Below, one piece after another: positions 1 through 23,362 of a stretch of 64,000 nucleotides of DNA. Position numbers and translations under genes: made by a program. The notes beneath the pieces were generated by a model that ran no database searches, was not told the DNA's origin, and worked only from the letters and a program-made list of their open reading frames with translations. The stretch is from Macrostomum lignano. Taxonomy: Eukaryota. Each line of letters starts with the position of its first letter. Position 1 is the first letter of the stretch. The DNA lies in the NCBI GenBank assembly GCA_002269645.1, contig NIVC01000644.1:124001-188000 (forward strand). Direction: 5' to 3'.

Positions 1-7350
<7,350 letters not shown>

Positions 7351-7382
7351 GCTGACCTGGGCATGGCTTCTGGGCACCGCTT

Positions 7383-7525
7383 GGGTGTTACAGTGACATT
7401 TCTATAGTTTCTGTGGGGTGTTACAGGGACATTTCTATAGTTTCTGTGGGGTGTTACAGGGACATTTCTATAGTTTCTGTGGGGTGTTACAGTGACATTG
7501 CTAGTTTCTGTGGGGTGTTACAGTG
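7383..7525. repeat. 33-bp repeat (GTGTTACAGGGACATTTCTATAGTTTCTGTGGG) x4 in CACHD1 3' UTR
   Basis: Starts about 30 nt after the stop codon; shares the GTGTTACAG core with intronic arrays. Confidence 0.85.
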
Positions 7526-7596
7526 ACAGTTGGCAGCTGTTAGAGCCATCGCAGGTGGTGCATTATCTGACCATCTTGTTGATTTGTGCTCTGCTA

Positions 7597-7602
7597 AATA
7601 AA
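7597..7602 (+). terminator. Candidate polyadenylation signal AATAAA for CACHD1
   Basis: AATAAA about 250 nt after the stop, with T-rich sequence further downstream. Confidence 0.5.
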
Positions 7603-8142
7603 GTCTGCTGTTATTTCAATGCAAGCATACTCACTTAACTTCAGTTTGTCAGCTTCTGTGCAGCGAAACCTTAATACTTTGTTTCAAGTTTTTATTTTGT
7701 GTTGACCAAATGCGGAAGTTAAATTGTGTTTGTTTTCGCTTTTTGCCAGGCCTCATTTGTTTCTTTTGTTTCACTTCCTAACCGTGTGTACAAATCGATT
7801 TTTAATCACAATTGTTATTAGTTTTTTGTTTATAGCTTGTTAGGTTAGCAAGAATTTTTGCTTGATCGGCCTTTTATTAATGCTTTAATATTCGCTCTCT
7901 CTGTTGCGTTCGTCGCTTATTAAACCTACCTTTGGCACTGAGCATCTACCTGCATCTGTACATGTTCTCTCCACTTTTTCTGTTTATGTTTATTTCGCAT
8001 CAGCTTACAGGCAGTATATCTTCTGTATATATGGTAAAGTATTCGTATATGCTTTTTTGAAGTGCACATCCTGCTACTACTGTAAATTTATATCCTAATT
8101 ACGCTATTATGTTATTTGCTTCAAAAGTTTTCACCATAAATT

Positions 8143-8475
8143 CTCAACCCCTCCCTTCCGTCCCCCAGCCCAGGCTAGTGTGTACACTCAACCCCTTCTC
8201 TCTCCCCCAGCCCAGCCCAGTGTGTCAACCCCTCCCTCCCTTCCCCCAGCCTAGCCGAGTGTGTACACTCGCGGCCCCTCCCTTCCGTCCCCCCAGCCCA
8301 CCCCAGTATTTACACCCTCAACCCCTCCCTCCCGTCCCCCAGCCCAGGCTAGTGTGTACACTCAACCCCTTCTCTCTCCCCCAGCCCAGCCCAGTGTGTC
8401 AACCCCTCCCTCCCTTCCCCCAGCCTAGCCGAGTGTGTACACTCTCGGCCCCTCCCTTCCGTCCCCCCAGCCCAG
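8143..8475. repeat. 174-bp C-rich tandem duplication (x2)
   Basis: CAGGCTAGTGTGTACACTCAACCCC occurs at 8171 and 8345 (offset 174). Confidence 0.85.
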
Positions 8476-9084
8476 TGCGTACATTCTGGGCAGTTGATTG
8501 AAATTATCAGGGTGAACATTTATCTATACACATCGCTTTATAAACCATCTTAGTATCATTTAGTATAGCCTGAACTACATACTATTGTGCTTACTACATC
8601 AAAAGAGCTTATTTATTTGCATACAATCAGTCAATCAATCAGTTATAAATTTTACTGTTTATCAAGTAGACTTTAATTTTCTCCATACCCTGCTGACGTT
8701 TATTACGTAGCAATCAATGCTTATCAATGCCTTATTTTTATGCGAAAACTACGTATTTCACTTCTATTACGGTAGTTTACCGTTAACCAATCTGAATTCA
8801 ATTCGAATTGTCTTTGTCAGTTCTGTTTCAAATTATTTTCATTTTCACGTTTCTAATGTCAATTTTAAAGTATACAATTTTAATTTTGTTTTTTCTCACT
8901 CGATGTTTGTATCCTTTCTAGCTATTTACGAATCAGTTGTTAACTCATTGTTTGAGTTTTATTGCAAAATCATGAACTAAGCTTGTCTTTTAAATATATT
9001 GAGTGTGTAAGAATGCATGCCTTTTATTAGCAAATGGGTGTCTGCTATTTTTTATTTTTGTGTGATAATAGTGCTAGCTGTGGC

Positions 9085-10460
9085 TTCTCTGCCTTGTCCT
9101 CTTCCCATCTGCCGTGTCCTCTCCCTATCTCCCTTGTCCTCTCCCCACCTGCCTTGTCCTCTCCCCACCTGCCTTGTCCTCTCTCCATCTGCCTTGTCCT
9201 CTCCCCACCTGCCTTGTCCTCTCCCCATCTGTCTTGTCCTCTCCCCACCTGCCTTGTCCTCTCCCTATCTCCCTTGTCCTCTCTCCATCTGCCTTGTCCT
9301 CTCCCCATCTGTCTTGTCCTCCCCCATCTGCCTTGTCCTCTCCCCACCTGCCTTGTCCTCTCCTCATCTCCCTTGTCCTCTTCCCACCTGCCTTGTCCTC
9401 TCTCCATCTGCCTTGTCCTCTCCCCATCTGTCTTGTCCTCCCCCATCTGCCTTGTCCTCTCCCCACCTGCCTTGTCCTCTCCCCATCTGCCTTGTCCTCT
9501 CCCCACCTGCCTTGTCCTCTCTCCATCTGTCTTGTCCTCTCCTCATCTCCCTTGTCCTCTCCCCATCTCCCTTGTCCTCTCCCCATCTGCCTTGTCCTCT
9601 TCCCATCTGCCTTGTCCTCTTCCCATCTGCCTTGTCCTCTCTCCATCTGCCTTGTCCTCTCCCCATCTGTCTTGTCCTCCCCCATCTGCCTTGTCCTCTC
9701 CCCACCTGCCTTGTCCTCTCCCCATCTGCCTTGTCCTCTCCCCACCTGCCTTGTCCTCTCTCCATCTGTCTTGTCCTCTCCTCATCTCCCTTGTCCTCTC
9801 CCCATCTCCCTTGTCCTCTCCCCATCTGCCTTGTCCTCTTCCCATCTGCCTTGTCCTCTTCCCATCTGCCTTGTCCTCTCTCCATCTGCCTTGTCCTCTC
9901 CCCATCTGTCTTGTCCTATTCCCCTCTGCCTTGTCCTCTCCCCATCTGCCTTGTCCTCTCCCCACCTGTCTTGTCCTCTCTCCATCTGCCTTGTCCTCTC
10001 CCCATCTGCCTTGTCCTCTCCCCACCTGTCTTGTCCTCTCTCCATCTGCCTTGTCCTCTCCCCATCTGTCTTGTCCTATTCCCCTCTGCCTTGTCCTCTT
10101 CCCATCTGCCTTGTCCTCTCCCCACCTGCCTTGTCCTCTCTCCATCTGCCTTGTCCTCTCCCCATCTGTCTTGTCCTCCCCCATCTGCCTTGTCCTCTCC
10201 CCACCTGCCTTGTCCTCTCCCCATCTGTCTTGTCCTCTCCCCACCTGCCTTGTCCTCTCTCCATCTGTCTTGTCCTCTCCTCATCTCCCTTGTCCTCTCC
10301 CCATCTCCCTTGTCCTCTCCCCATCTGCCTTGTCCTCTTCCCATCTGCCTTGTCCTCCCCCATCTGCCTTGTCCTCTCTCCATCTGCCTTGTCCTCTCCC
10401 CATCTGTCTTGTCCTCTCCCCATCTGTCTTGTCCTATTCCCCTCTGCCTTGTCCCCCTAG
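9085..10460. repeat. 20-bp pyrimidine-rich minisatellite (CTGCCTTGTCCTCTCCCCAT)
   Basis: About 68 copies; open in all frames, giving spurious ORFs. Confidence 0.95.
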
Positions 10461-10537
10461 CTCTAGTCTAGCAGCAACAGACCTTTGTCCCCATCACCAG
10501 CCCGCACCATGCAGCCGCATGTTGCAGTGAGCTGAGG

Positions 10538-11761
<1,224 letters not shown>

Positions 11762-11784
11762 GGGAGTAGGGCTGAGCATGAGCA

Positions 11785-13050
11785 CTAGAGTGATATTGTA
11801 AGTACTGGAGTGAGATTTTGAGCACTGAAGTGAGATTAGGGGCACTGGAGTGAGATTGTGAGCACTAGAGCGAGATTGTGAGCACTGGAGTGAGATTGTG
11901 AGCACTGGAGTGAGATTGGAGGCAATGAAGTGAGATTGTGAGCACTGGAGTGAGATTGGAGGCAATGGAGTGAGATTGTGAGCACTAGAGTGAGATTGGG
12001 GGCAATGGAGTGAGATTGTGAGCACTAGAGTGAGATTGTGAGCACTAGAGTGAGATTGTGAGCACTAGAGTGAGATTGTGAGCATTAGAGTGAGGTTGTG
12101 AGCACTGGAGTGAGATTGTGAGCATTAGAGTGAGATTGTGAGCACTAGAGCGAGATTGAGAGCACTGGAGTGAGATTTTGAGCACTGGAGTGAGATTGGA
12201 GGCAATGGAGTGAGATTGTGAGCACTGGAGTGAGATTGGGGGCAATGGAGTGAGATTGTGAGCACTGGAGTGAGATTGGAGGCAATGGAGTGAGATTGGA
12301 GGCAATGGAGTTAGATTGTGAGCACTGGAGTGAGTTTTTGAGCATTAGAGTGAGATTGTGAGCACTAGAGTGAGATTGTGAGTACTAGAGTGAGATTGTG
12401 AGCACTAGAGTGAGATTGTGAGCATTAGAGTGAGATTGTGAGCACTAGAGCGAGATTGAGAGCACTGGAGTGAGATTTTGAGCACTGGAGTGAGATTGGA
12501 GGCAATGGAGTGAGATTGTGAGCACTAGAGTGAGATTGTGAGCACTGGAGTGAGATTGTGAGCACTAGAGTGAGATTGTGAGCACTAGAGTGAGATTGTG
12601 AGCACTAGAGTGAGATTGTGAGCATTAGAGTGAGATTGTGAGCACTGGAGTGAGATTGTGAGCATTAGAGTGAGATTGTGAGCACTAGAGCGAGATTGAG
12701 AGCACTGGAGTGAGATTTTGAGCACTGGAGTGAGATTGGAGGCAATGGAGTGAGATTGTGAGCACTAGAGTGAGATTGTGAGCACTGAAGTGAGATTGTG
12801 AGCACTAGAGTGAGAATGTGAGCACTAGAGTGAGATTGTGAGCACTAGAGTGAGATTGTGAGCACTAGAGTGAGATTGTGAGCACTAGAGTGAGATTGTG
12901 AGCACTGGAGTGAGATTGTGAGCATTAGAGTGAGATTGTGAGCACTAGAGCGAGATTGAGAGCACTGGAGTGAGATTTTGAGCACTGGAGTGAGATTGGA
13001 GGCAATGGAGTGAGATTGTGAGCACTAGAGCGAGATTGAGAGCACTGGAG
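11785..13050. repeat. 20-bp minisatellite (GAGTGAGATTGTGAGCACTA)
   Basis: About 63 copies starting just after the 11761 stop. Confidence 0.95.
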
Positions 13051-13162
13051 GCGAGAGCAATCTAAATGGTATTTAATTATTATTCAGATTCAATCTTCAC
13101 ATGACCTTATTGGCATTATCTGGTGCTTTAAGGTGATCGGTTGCTGAAAATCTTCTAAATAG

Positions 13163-14577
<1,415 letters not shown>

Positions 14578-15117
14578 GCACAGCTGCCTGGGCGTGTAAA
14601 AACCGGTTTAGTTAAAAACTCATTATAAAGTACTTCTTATAGTGTTATTCACCCGAAATTTTAGTTACTATTATTAACCGTAAATGACTGAAGCAATGTT
14701 GGGACTCGTTTGTACTGAGCTCGTGTATTTTGTAAGTCTAATTAATAAATTTCCCTAAATTGCTGCATCTTTAACTTGTGCATTTTCAAGGCGTTATCAA
14801 TAAACAAACAAACAGGCGAAGCTCGCTGTTGCTAATGAACTTTAAATTTAGAAATCTGCCTCTAGAAATTTGAGTTTTTTTGTGTCAAGCTGCAAGATAG
14901 CAAAATATTCGACGGAGGGCTGTGCAGCCAGCGCCAATACTAAGCCTGGGAACAGAATTCAGTGATCACTTACTGTTGCGGGCTCCTCTTCTTTGTCGGG
15001 CAGGTTCTCCGAGCTCGTTTCTTCAAATCTTCTTCCTCTGGAGTAGTCTTCTTGACTTCTAAAATCGGCCGAATGTGAGAGCGTAACAACTCCATTTGTA
15101 GACGTCGAAGTGTTCCT

Positions 15118-18100
15118 CGAGGGCAGAAATCAATATATTCCTCGAGTGCAGAAATCAATATATTCCTCGAGTGCAGAAATCTATGTATTCCTCGAGGGCA
15201 GAAATCAATATATTCCTCGAGTGCAGAAATCAATATATTCCTCGAGTGCAGAAATCAATATAATTCCTCGAGTGCAGAAATCAATATATTCCTCGAGTGC
15301 AGAAATCAATATATTCCTCGAGGGCAGAAATCAATATATTCCTCGAGGCAGAAATCAATATATTCCTCGAGTGCAGAAATCAATATATTCCTCGAGTGCA
15401 GAAATCAATATATTCCTCGAGTGCAGAAATCAATATATTCCTCGAGTGCAGAAATCAATATATTCCTCGAGTGCAGAAATCAATATATTCCTCGAGTGCA
15501 GAAATCAATTTATTCCTCGAGTGCAGAAATCAATATATTCCTCGAGTGCAGAAATCAATATAATTCCTCGAGTGCAGAAATCAATTTATTCCTCGAGTGC
15601 AGAAATCAATATATTCCTCGAGTGCAGAAATCAATATATTCCTCGAGTGCAGAAATCAATATATTCCTCGAGTGCAGAAATCAATTTATTCCTCGAGTGC
15701 AGAAATCAATATATTCCTCGAGTGCAGAAATCAATATAATTCCTCGAGTGCAGAAATCAATATAATTCCTCGAGTGCAGAAATCAATATATTCCTCGAGT
15801 GCAGAAATCAATATATTCCTCGAGGGCAGAAATCAATATATTCCTCGAGTGCAGAAATCAATATATTCCTCGAGTGCAGAAATCAATATATTCCTCGAGT
15901 GCAGAAATCAATATATTCCTCGAGGGCAGAAATCAATATATTCCTCGAGTGCAGAAATCAATATATTCCTCGAGTGCAGAAATCAATATATTCCTCGAGT
16001 GCAGAAATCAATTTATTCCTCGAGTGCAGAACTCAATATATTCCTCGAGTGCAGAAATCAATATATTCCTCGAGTGCAGAAATCAATATATTCCTCGAGT
16101 GCAGAAATCAATATATTCCTCGAGTGCAGAAATCAATATATTCCTCGAGTGCAGAAATCAATATATTCCTCGAGTGCAGAACTCAATATATTCCTCGAGT
16201 GCAGAAATCAATATATTCCTCGAGTGCAGAACTCAATATATTCCTCGAGTGCAGAAATCAATATATTCCTCGAGTGCAGAAATCAATATATTCCTCGAGT
16301 GCAGAAATCAATATATTCCTCGAGTGCAGAAATCAATATATTCCTCGAGTGCAGAAATCAATATATTCCTCGAGTGCAGAAATCAATATATTCCTCGAGT
16401 GCAGAAATCAATATATTCCTCGAGTGCAGAAATCAATATATTCCTCGAGTGCAGAAATCAATATATTCCTCGAGTGCAGAAATCAATATATTCCTCGAGT
16501 GCAGAAATCAATATATTCCTCGAGTGCAGAAATCAATATATTCCTCGAGTGCAGAAATCAATATATTCCTCGAGTGCAGAAATCAATATATTCCTCGAGT
16601 GCAGAAATCAATATATTCCTCGAGTGCAGAAATCAATATATTCCTCGAGTGCAGAAATCAATATATTCCTCGAGTGCAGAAATCAATATATTCCTCGAGT
16701 GCAGAAATCAATATATTCCTCGAGTGCAGAAATCAATATATTCCTCGAGTGCAGAAATCAATATATTCCTCGAGTGCAGAAATCAATATATTCCTCGAGT
16801 GCAGAAATCAATATATTCCTCGAGTGCAGAAATCAATATATTCCTCGAGTGCAGAAATCAATATAATTCCTCGAGTGCAGAAATCAATATATTCCTCGAG
16901 TGCAGAAATCAATATATTCCTCGAGTGCAGAAATCAATATATTCCTCGAGTGCAGAAATCAATATATTCCTCGAGTGCAGAAATCAATATATTCCTCGAG
17001 TGCAGAAATCAATATATTCCTCGAGTGCAGAAATCAATATATTCCTCGAGTGCAGAAATCAATATATTCCTCGAGTGCAGAAATCAATATATTCCTCGAG
17101 TGCAGAAATCAATATATTCCTCGAGTGCAGAAATCAATATATTCCTCGAGTGCAGAAATCAATATATTCCTCGAGTGCAGAAATCAATATATTCCTCGAG
17201 TGCAGAAATCAATATAATTCCTCGAGTGCAGAAATCAATATATTCCTCGAGTGCAGAAATCAATATATTCCTCGAGTGCAGAAATCAATATATTCCTCGA
17301 GTGCAGAAATCAATATATTCCTCGAGTGCAGAAATCAATATATTCCTCGAGTGCAGAAATCAATATATTCCTCGAGTGCAGAAATCAATATATTCCTCGA
17401 GTGCAGAAATCAATATATTCCTCGAGTGCAGAAATCAATATATTCCTCGAGTGCAGAAATCAATATATTCCTCGAGTGCAGAAATCAATATATTCCTCGA
17501 GTGCAGAAATCAATATATTCCTCGAGTGCAGAAATCAATATATTCCTCGAGTGCAGAACTCAATATATTCCTCGAGTGCAGAAATCAATATATTCCTCGA
17601 GTGCAGAAATCAATATAATTCCTCGAGTGCAGAAATCAATATATTCCTCGAGTGCAGAAATCAATATATTCCTCGAGTGCAGAACTCAATATATTCCTCG
17701 AGTGCAGAAATCAATATATTCCTCGAGTGCAGAAATCAATATAATTCCTCGAGTGCAGAAATCAATATATTCCTCGAGTGCAGAAATCAATATATTCCTC
17801 GAGTGCAGAAATCAATATATTCCTCGAGTGCAGAAATCAATATAATTCCTCGAGTGCAGAAATCAATATATTCCTCGAGTGCAGAAATCAATATATTCCT
17901 CGAGTGCAGAAATCAATATATTCCTCGAGTGCAGAAATCAATATATTCCTCGAGTGCAGAAATCAATATATTCCTCGAGTGCAGAAATCAATATATTCCT
18001 CGAGTGCAGAAATCAATATATTCCTCGAGTGCAGAAATCAATATATTCCTCGAGTGCAGAAATCAATATATTCCTCGAGTGCAGAAATCAATATATTCCT

Positions 18101-19322
18101 CGAGTGCAGAAATCAATATATTCCTCGAGTGCAGAAATCAATATATTCCTCGAGTGCAGAAATCAATATATTCCTCGAGTGCAGAAATCAATATATTCCT
18201 CGAGTGCAGAAATCAATATATTCCTCGAGTGCAGAAATCAATATATTCCTCGAGTGCAGAAATCAATATATTCCTCGAGTGCAGAAATCAATATATTCCT
18301 CGAGTGCAGAAATCAATATATTCCTCGAGTGCAGAAATCAATATATTCCTCGAGTGCAGAAATCAATATATTCCTCGAGTGCAGAAATCAATATATTCCT
18401 CGAGTGCAGAAATCAATATATTCCTCGAGTGCAGAAATCAATATATTCCTCGAGTGCAGAAATCAATATATTCCTCGAGTGCAGAAATCAATATATTCCT
18501 CGAGTGCAGAAATCAATATATTCCTCGAGTGCAGAAATCAATATATTCCTCGAGTGCAGAAATCAATATATTCCTCGAGTGCAGAAATCAATATATTCCT
18601 CGAGTGCAGAAATCAATATATTCCTCGAGTGCAGAAATCAATATATTCCTCGAGTGCAGAAATCAATATATTCCTCGAGTGCAGAAATCAATATATTCCT
18701 CGAGTGCAGAAATCAATATATTCCTCGAGTGCAGAAATCAATATATTCCTCGAGTGCAGAAATCAATATATTCCTCGAGTGCAGAAATCAATATATTCCT
18801 CGAGTGCAGAAATCAATATATTCCTCGAGTGCAGAAATCAATATATTCCTCGAGTGCAGAAATCAATATATTCCTCGAGTGCAGAAATCAATATAATTCC
18901 TCGAGTGCAGAAATCAATATATTCCTCGAGTGCAGAAATCAATATATTCCTCGAGTGCAGAAATCAATATAATTCCTCGAGTGCAGAAATCAATATATTC
19001 CTCGAGTGCAGAAATCAATATATTCCTCGAGTGCAGAAATCAATATAATTCCTCGAGTGCAGAAATCAATATATTCCTCGAGTGCAGAAATCAATATATT
19101 CCTCGAGTGCAGAAATCAATATAATTCCTCGAGTGCAGAAATCAATATATTCCTCGAGTGCAGAAATCAATATATTCCTCGAGTGCAGAAATCAATATAA
19201 TTCCTCGAGTGCAGAAATCAATATATTCCTCGAGTGCAGAAATCAATATATTCCTCGAGTGCAGAAATCAATATAATTCCTCGAGTGCAGAAATCAATAT
19301 ATTCCTCGAGTGCAGAAATCAG
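15118..19322. repeat. 4.2-kb array of a 25-bp satellite (TATTCCTCGAGTGCAGAAATCAATA)
   Basis: About 168 near-identical copies with occasional 26-bp variants; no spacers. Confidence 0.97.
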
Positions 19323-20274
19323 TATCAAAGATGCGCCCTAGTCAACTTTCTATAACAATGACGAGGTCCTCCAGAAAGGGCGTCTTCTAGAAATAACGGA
19401 ATCGGAGTAGTGTGCTCCTATCGGTTACTCTAGGATAATCCAAATCAATCAATCGATAATCCTTTAAGGGTATCGGAATCGGTCCGCAGATCCTATCCAA
19501 TCCCTTAGGAAAATGGGAGGCCTCAAATTCAATGAACTCAGTAAAATCAAATGATCAATAACGGCCGGCAATAAAATCGCTCTCAATCAATCAAATAACA
19601 CAGGCTCGAACAAAGGCTTCCCAAACGGTATTTGTCTCCCTCAGACATGTAGCCTCGATTAGCTTCTCCCGCAAGCTTAAGCTCTTCAGAGGCTGCTCCG
19701 AGTCTGAGATTTTTAGCTCGGATTTTGGCTTGTATTTATAGGAAAATCTTGCGAGAATCAGGTTATTTTGGGTAGGTGACAGTTTCGCGTTCTAGAAATT
19801 TGACCCTTTGAAAATTGAATAGGATTCTTGCGAATCGTACAATAGATTTCAAGCATTAATTACCATATTCGGAGTTCTAAATTGAAATGTTGCAAAAATG
19901 ATCATTCGTTCGTTTCGTGGTCTTAAAAATAAAGTGTGACCATTTGGCAGTGAGACATAAATTTAACATAGAATCCTAATTTTATAAAAGAAAAGCTCCA
20001 TGAATATGAATAGAGCTGTAAGAAAGGCATTGACTTGGCGAGCTTCCTATCAGAAGAAATTCCTCCAGAAGCTCTACTTGAGTAGTCCTTGGCGTCAATA
20101 TAATCTGCAACAAGATGCGGACTGGATTGCTGAAGCCTGGCATTGCCACTTGGCATTCTCTTGTGTAGACCTGTTTTGCGGATGCAACAGGTCTATCATT
20201 GATCTTTTTTCATTTTGCGTATGTGAGCTACTGAGGTGGCCATGAGCCATGGGCCATCTGTCTGCCTGCCACTC

Positions 20275-21018
20275 TGGAGCCAGCCAAGGAGATCTAGAGC
20301 CAGCCAAGGAGATCTAGAGCCAGCCAAGGAGATCTAGAGCCAGCCAAGGAGATCTAGAGCCAGCCAAGGAGATCTAGAGCCAGCCAAGGAGATCTAGAGT
20401 CAGCCAAGGAGATCTAAAGCCAGCCTAGGAGATCTAGAGCCAGCCTAGGAGATCTAGAGCCAGCCAAGGAGATCTAGAGCCAGCCAAGGCGATCTAGAGC
20501 CAGCCAAGGAGATCTAGAGCCAGCCAAGGAGATCTAGAGCCAGCCAAGGAGATCTAGAGCCAGCCAAGGAGATCTAGAGCCAGCCAAGGAGATCTAGAGC
20601 CAGCCAAGGAGATCTAGAGCCAGCCAAGGAGATCTAGAGCCAGCCAAGGAGATCTAGAGCCAGCCAAGGAGATCTAGAGCCAGCCAAGGCGATCTAGAGC
20701 CAGCCAAGGAGATCTAGAGCCAGCCAAGGAGATCTAGAGCCAGCCAAGGAGATCTAGAGCCAGCCAAGGAGATCTAGAGCCAGCCAAGGAGATCTAGAGC
20801 CAGCCAAGGAGATCTAGAGCCAGCCAAGGAGATCTAGAGCCAGCCAAGGAGATCTAGAGCCAGCCAAGGAGATCTAGAGCCAGCCAAGGAGATCTAGAGC
20901 CAGCCAAGGAGATCTAGAGCCAGCCAAGGAGATCTAGAGCCAGCCAAGGAGATCTAGAGCCAGCCAAGGAGATCTAGAGCCAGCCAAGGAGATCTAGAGC
21001 CAGCCAATGAGATCTAGA
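20275..21018. repeat. 20-bp minisatellite (GAGCCAGCCAAGGAGATCTA)
   Basis: About 37 near-perfect copies. Confidence 0.96.
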
Positions 21019-21287
21019 CAAGGACAACTTGAGTAGGACGCAACACTCGAAATCTATGGTAAATGTGATGAAGGCAACTTTTCGCCGAAAAATACACTAC
21101 AGAAATAGGAGGTTTCAATTTTTTCAGCACAAAAATGTTATTGCTTTTGACAGGAGGCAGATCCAGTGTTCATCTTTTGATATGTTGTGCCTTTCTTATT
21201 GCTCTATCGATATTTATAAAGCTTTTCGTTCAGGAAATAGTTTTAAAGGCAGGTTTCACCGGAAAAATACACTACGGAGATAGGAAA

Positions 21288-21529
21288 TTTCACGATTTTC
21301 AACACTAAAACAGTGATTGAGTCTCTTAACAGTGTCAGAGAAAGTTCTAATCACACTATTTTGTGCCTCACATGCTGCTCTAACGACGCATTAATCGATA
21401 TTTTATGATAAATTGGTCTTGTCATTATTTTAAACGCTTTTTCCAATAAGACCATTTTTCCATGTCAGAGAACTTTCTCTGACACTGTTAGGAGACTCAA
21501 TCACTGTTTTAGTGTTGAAAATCGTGAAA
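21288..21529. mobile_element. MITE-like / foldback element: 61-bp inverted repeats around a 120-bp spacer
   Basis: 21288-21348 is the reverse complement of 21469-21529 with one mismatch; no clear TSD found. Confidence 0.6.
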
Positions 21530-22143
21530 CTGGGGGCGGCCCAGAATCCGGCCGGCATCAGCGAGTGCCTCATCCTGGTCGCCCTGTTCTACGGCGCCTC
21601 GAGCGGCCTGCAGGTGGCCCAGTTCGACTCGGACACTCGCCAGTGCTCGCTCTTCCAATACACCGCAGTGTACCACCTCATCGATGGACTCGCTGCTGCA
21701 GAGAGATCGCAGCCCCCCCCCGCTGTGCCGCATTCGCCAATTCCAAAGCTGCCGGCTTCATTACTTTGAGCAAGAAGCTGGGCTCGAAGCTGAGGGCCGC
21801 CTGGCTGATGAGCGACGATGCGGACGCCAGCAGGAGCAACTTGGTGTGCGGCCAGACGCAGCAGTGGATGTCGGAGAATGTGGAGTGGAGCAGCGAGGGA
21901 GCCAAGCTCGACGAAGTGTCGTCCAAGATATGGCTGGAGAACGTGGAGAAGCTGCTCGCGAGCCTGCAGCAGGCCGGCCTCACGTGCCTGGTCAGGCTCA
22001 AGCGGGAGTCCCCACAAGAGAAGCCGCTGTTCGAATCCTACAACTGCGACTCCACGGGGAGTCGGGGCATCGCCTTTTGGGACGGCTGGACTGGCGGCGG
22101 GATGTCGCCTGTACTTTGTCAGGGTGGCCTCATCTTACAATGA
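21530..22143 (+). pseudogene. GC-rich, frameshifted coding-like fragment, possibly PAN/apple- and C-type-lectin-like
   Basis: Sharp GC island with host-like codon usage. ORF 21512-21769 (ISECL...AQFDSDTRQCSLF) shifts near a C-run into ORF 21565-22143 (W...W...CLV...YNC...LCQ). There is no start codon, and the domain call is a weak pattern impression. Confidence 0.3.
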
Positions 22144-22359
22144 CAACTACCTGCCTCCCGCCTTGAACTCGTTTGACCCGATTTTTTTGAAAATTACAGA
22201 AAAGCTACAAATACACTACGGGCAAATATGACGTGTCGGACTGACTGTTTGTGTCAATTTTTTACTTCAAGTATCACCGTGTCCTCTCTTCATCTCGTCT
22301 TGTCCTGCTTTTGCCTTCCGCCCTGTCCTGTCGCGCCTTTTCTCATTTCATTCTCAGCT

Positions 22360-23135
22360 GGCAGTCACATATGCCAGCAATCAACATGTGACAGTATGTG
22401 TCAGTCACATATGCCAGCAATCAACATATGACAGGCTGTGTCAGTCACATATGCCAGCAATCAGCATGTGACAGGCTGTGTCAGTCACATATGCCAGCAA
22501 TCAGCATGCGACAGGCTGTGTCAGTCACATATGCCAGCAATCAAGCATGTGACAGGCTGTGTCAGTCACATAAGCCAGCATGTGACAGGCTGTGTCAGTC
22601 ACATAAGCCAGCACGTGACAGGCTGTGTCAGTCACATAAGCCAGCATGTGACAGGCTGTGTCAGTCACATATGCCAACATGTGACAGGCTGTGTCATTCC
22701 CATAAGCCAACATGTGACAGGCTGTTTCAGTCACATATGCCAGCAATCAAGCATGTGACAGGCTGTGTCAGTCACATAAGCCAGCACGTGACAGGCTGTG
22801 TCAGTCACATAAGCCAGCATGTGACAGGCTGTGTCAGTCACATATGCCAACATGTGACAGGCTGTGTCATTCCCATTTAGCCAACATGTGACAGGCTGTT
22901 TCAGTCACATATGCCAGCAATCAAGCATGTGACAGGCTGTGTCAGTCACATAAGCCAGCATGTGACAGGCTGTTTCAGTCACATATGCCAGCAATCAAGC
23001 ATGTGACAGGCTGTGTCAGTCACATAAGCCAGCATGTGACAGGCTGTGTCAGTCACATATGCCAGTAATCAAGCATGTGACAGGCTGTGTCAGTCACATA
23101 TGCCAGCAATCAAGCATGTGACAGTATGTGTCAGT
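22360..23135. repeat. 41/31-bp minisatellite (TGTGACAGGCTGTGTCAGTCACATATGCCAGCAATCAAGCA)
   Basis: About 20 copies; each contains a TGTGAC...GTCACA inverted pair. Confidence 0.92.
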
Positions 23136-23139
23136 CAGC

Positions 23140-23362
23140 CCCTCCCCCGGCTACGGTACTGCTTGAGAGCCAGCAAAAACTGCCCATGACCGCGCAGCCT
23201 CAACTGCTCCAGCTTCTTAGACTTGACTGCCGCCGAGTACAGGGCGGTGGCGCAGCGACCCTCCAGCCCGAAGACCTGGGTTGGCGGCAACACGAGCTGG
23301 CGGAGGGCAGTGCTGGTGCTGAACTGGCGTCTCAGGATACTGAACATGGCGCTCGAAGACAT
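23140..23362 (-). pseudogene. ATP5PO: Truncated ATP synthase subunit O (OSCP) fragment
   Basis: [42 protein letters not shown] matches the OSCP N-terminus ([26 protein letters not shown]). It carries a Y->C change in GRYATALY, loses similarity after LEQ (apparent 1-nt deletion) and ends at a minisatellite. Confidence 0.75.

Noticed and set aside
9017-10530. 484-498-aa Cys/Pro/Leu ORFs, one with a signal-peptide-like N-terminus
   Set aside because: Open in all frames across a pyrimidine-rich 20-bp minisatellite, and the unit length is not a multiple of 3.
15110-19355. Many long ORFs (up to 673 aa) and a CRISPR-like look in the 25-bp array
   Set aside because: Head-to-tail repeats with no unique spacers and no cas genes; the ORFs exist only because the unit lacks stops on the plus strand.
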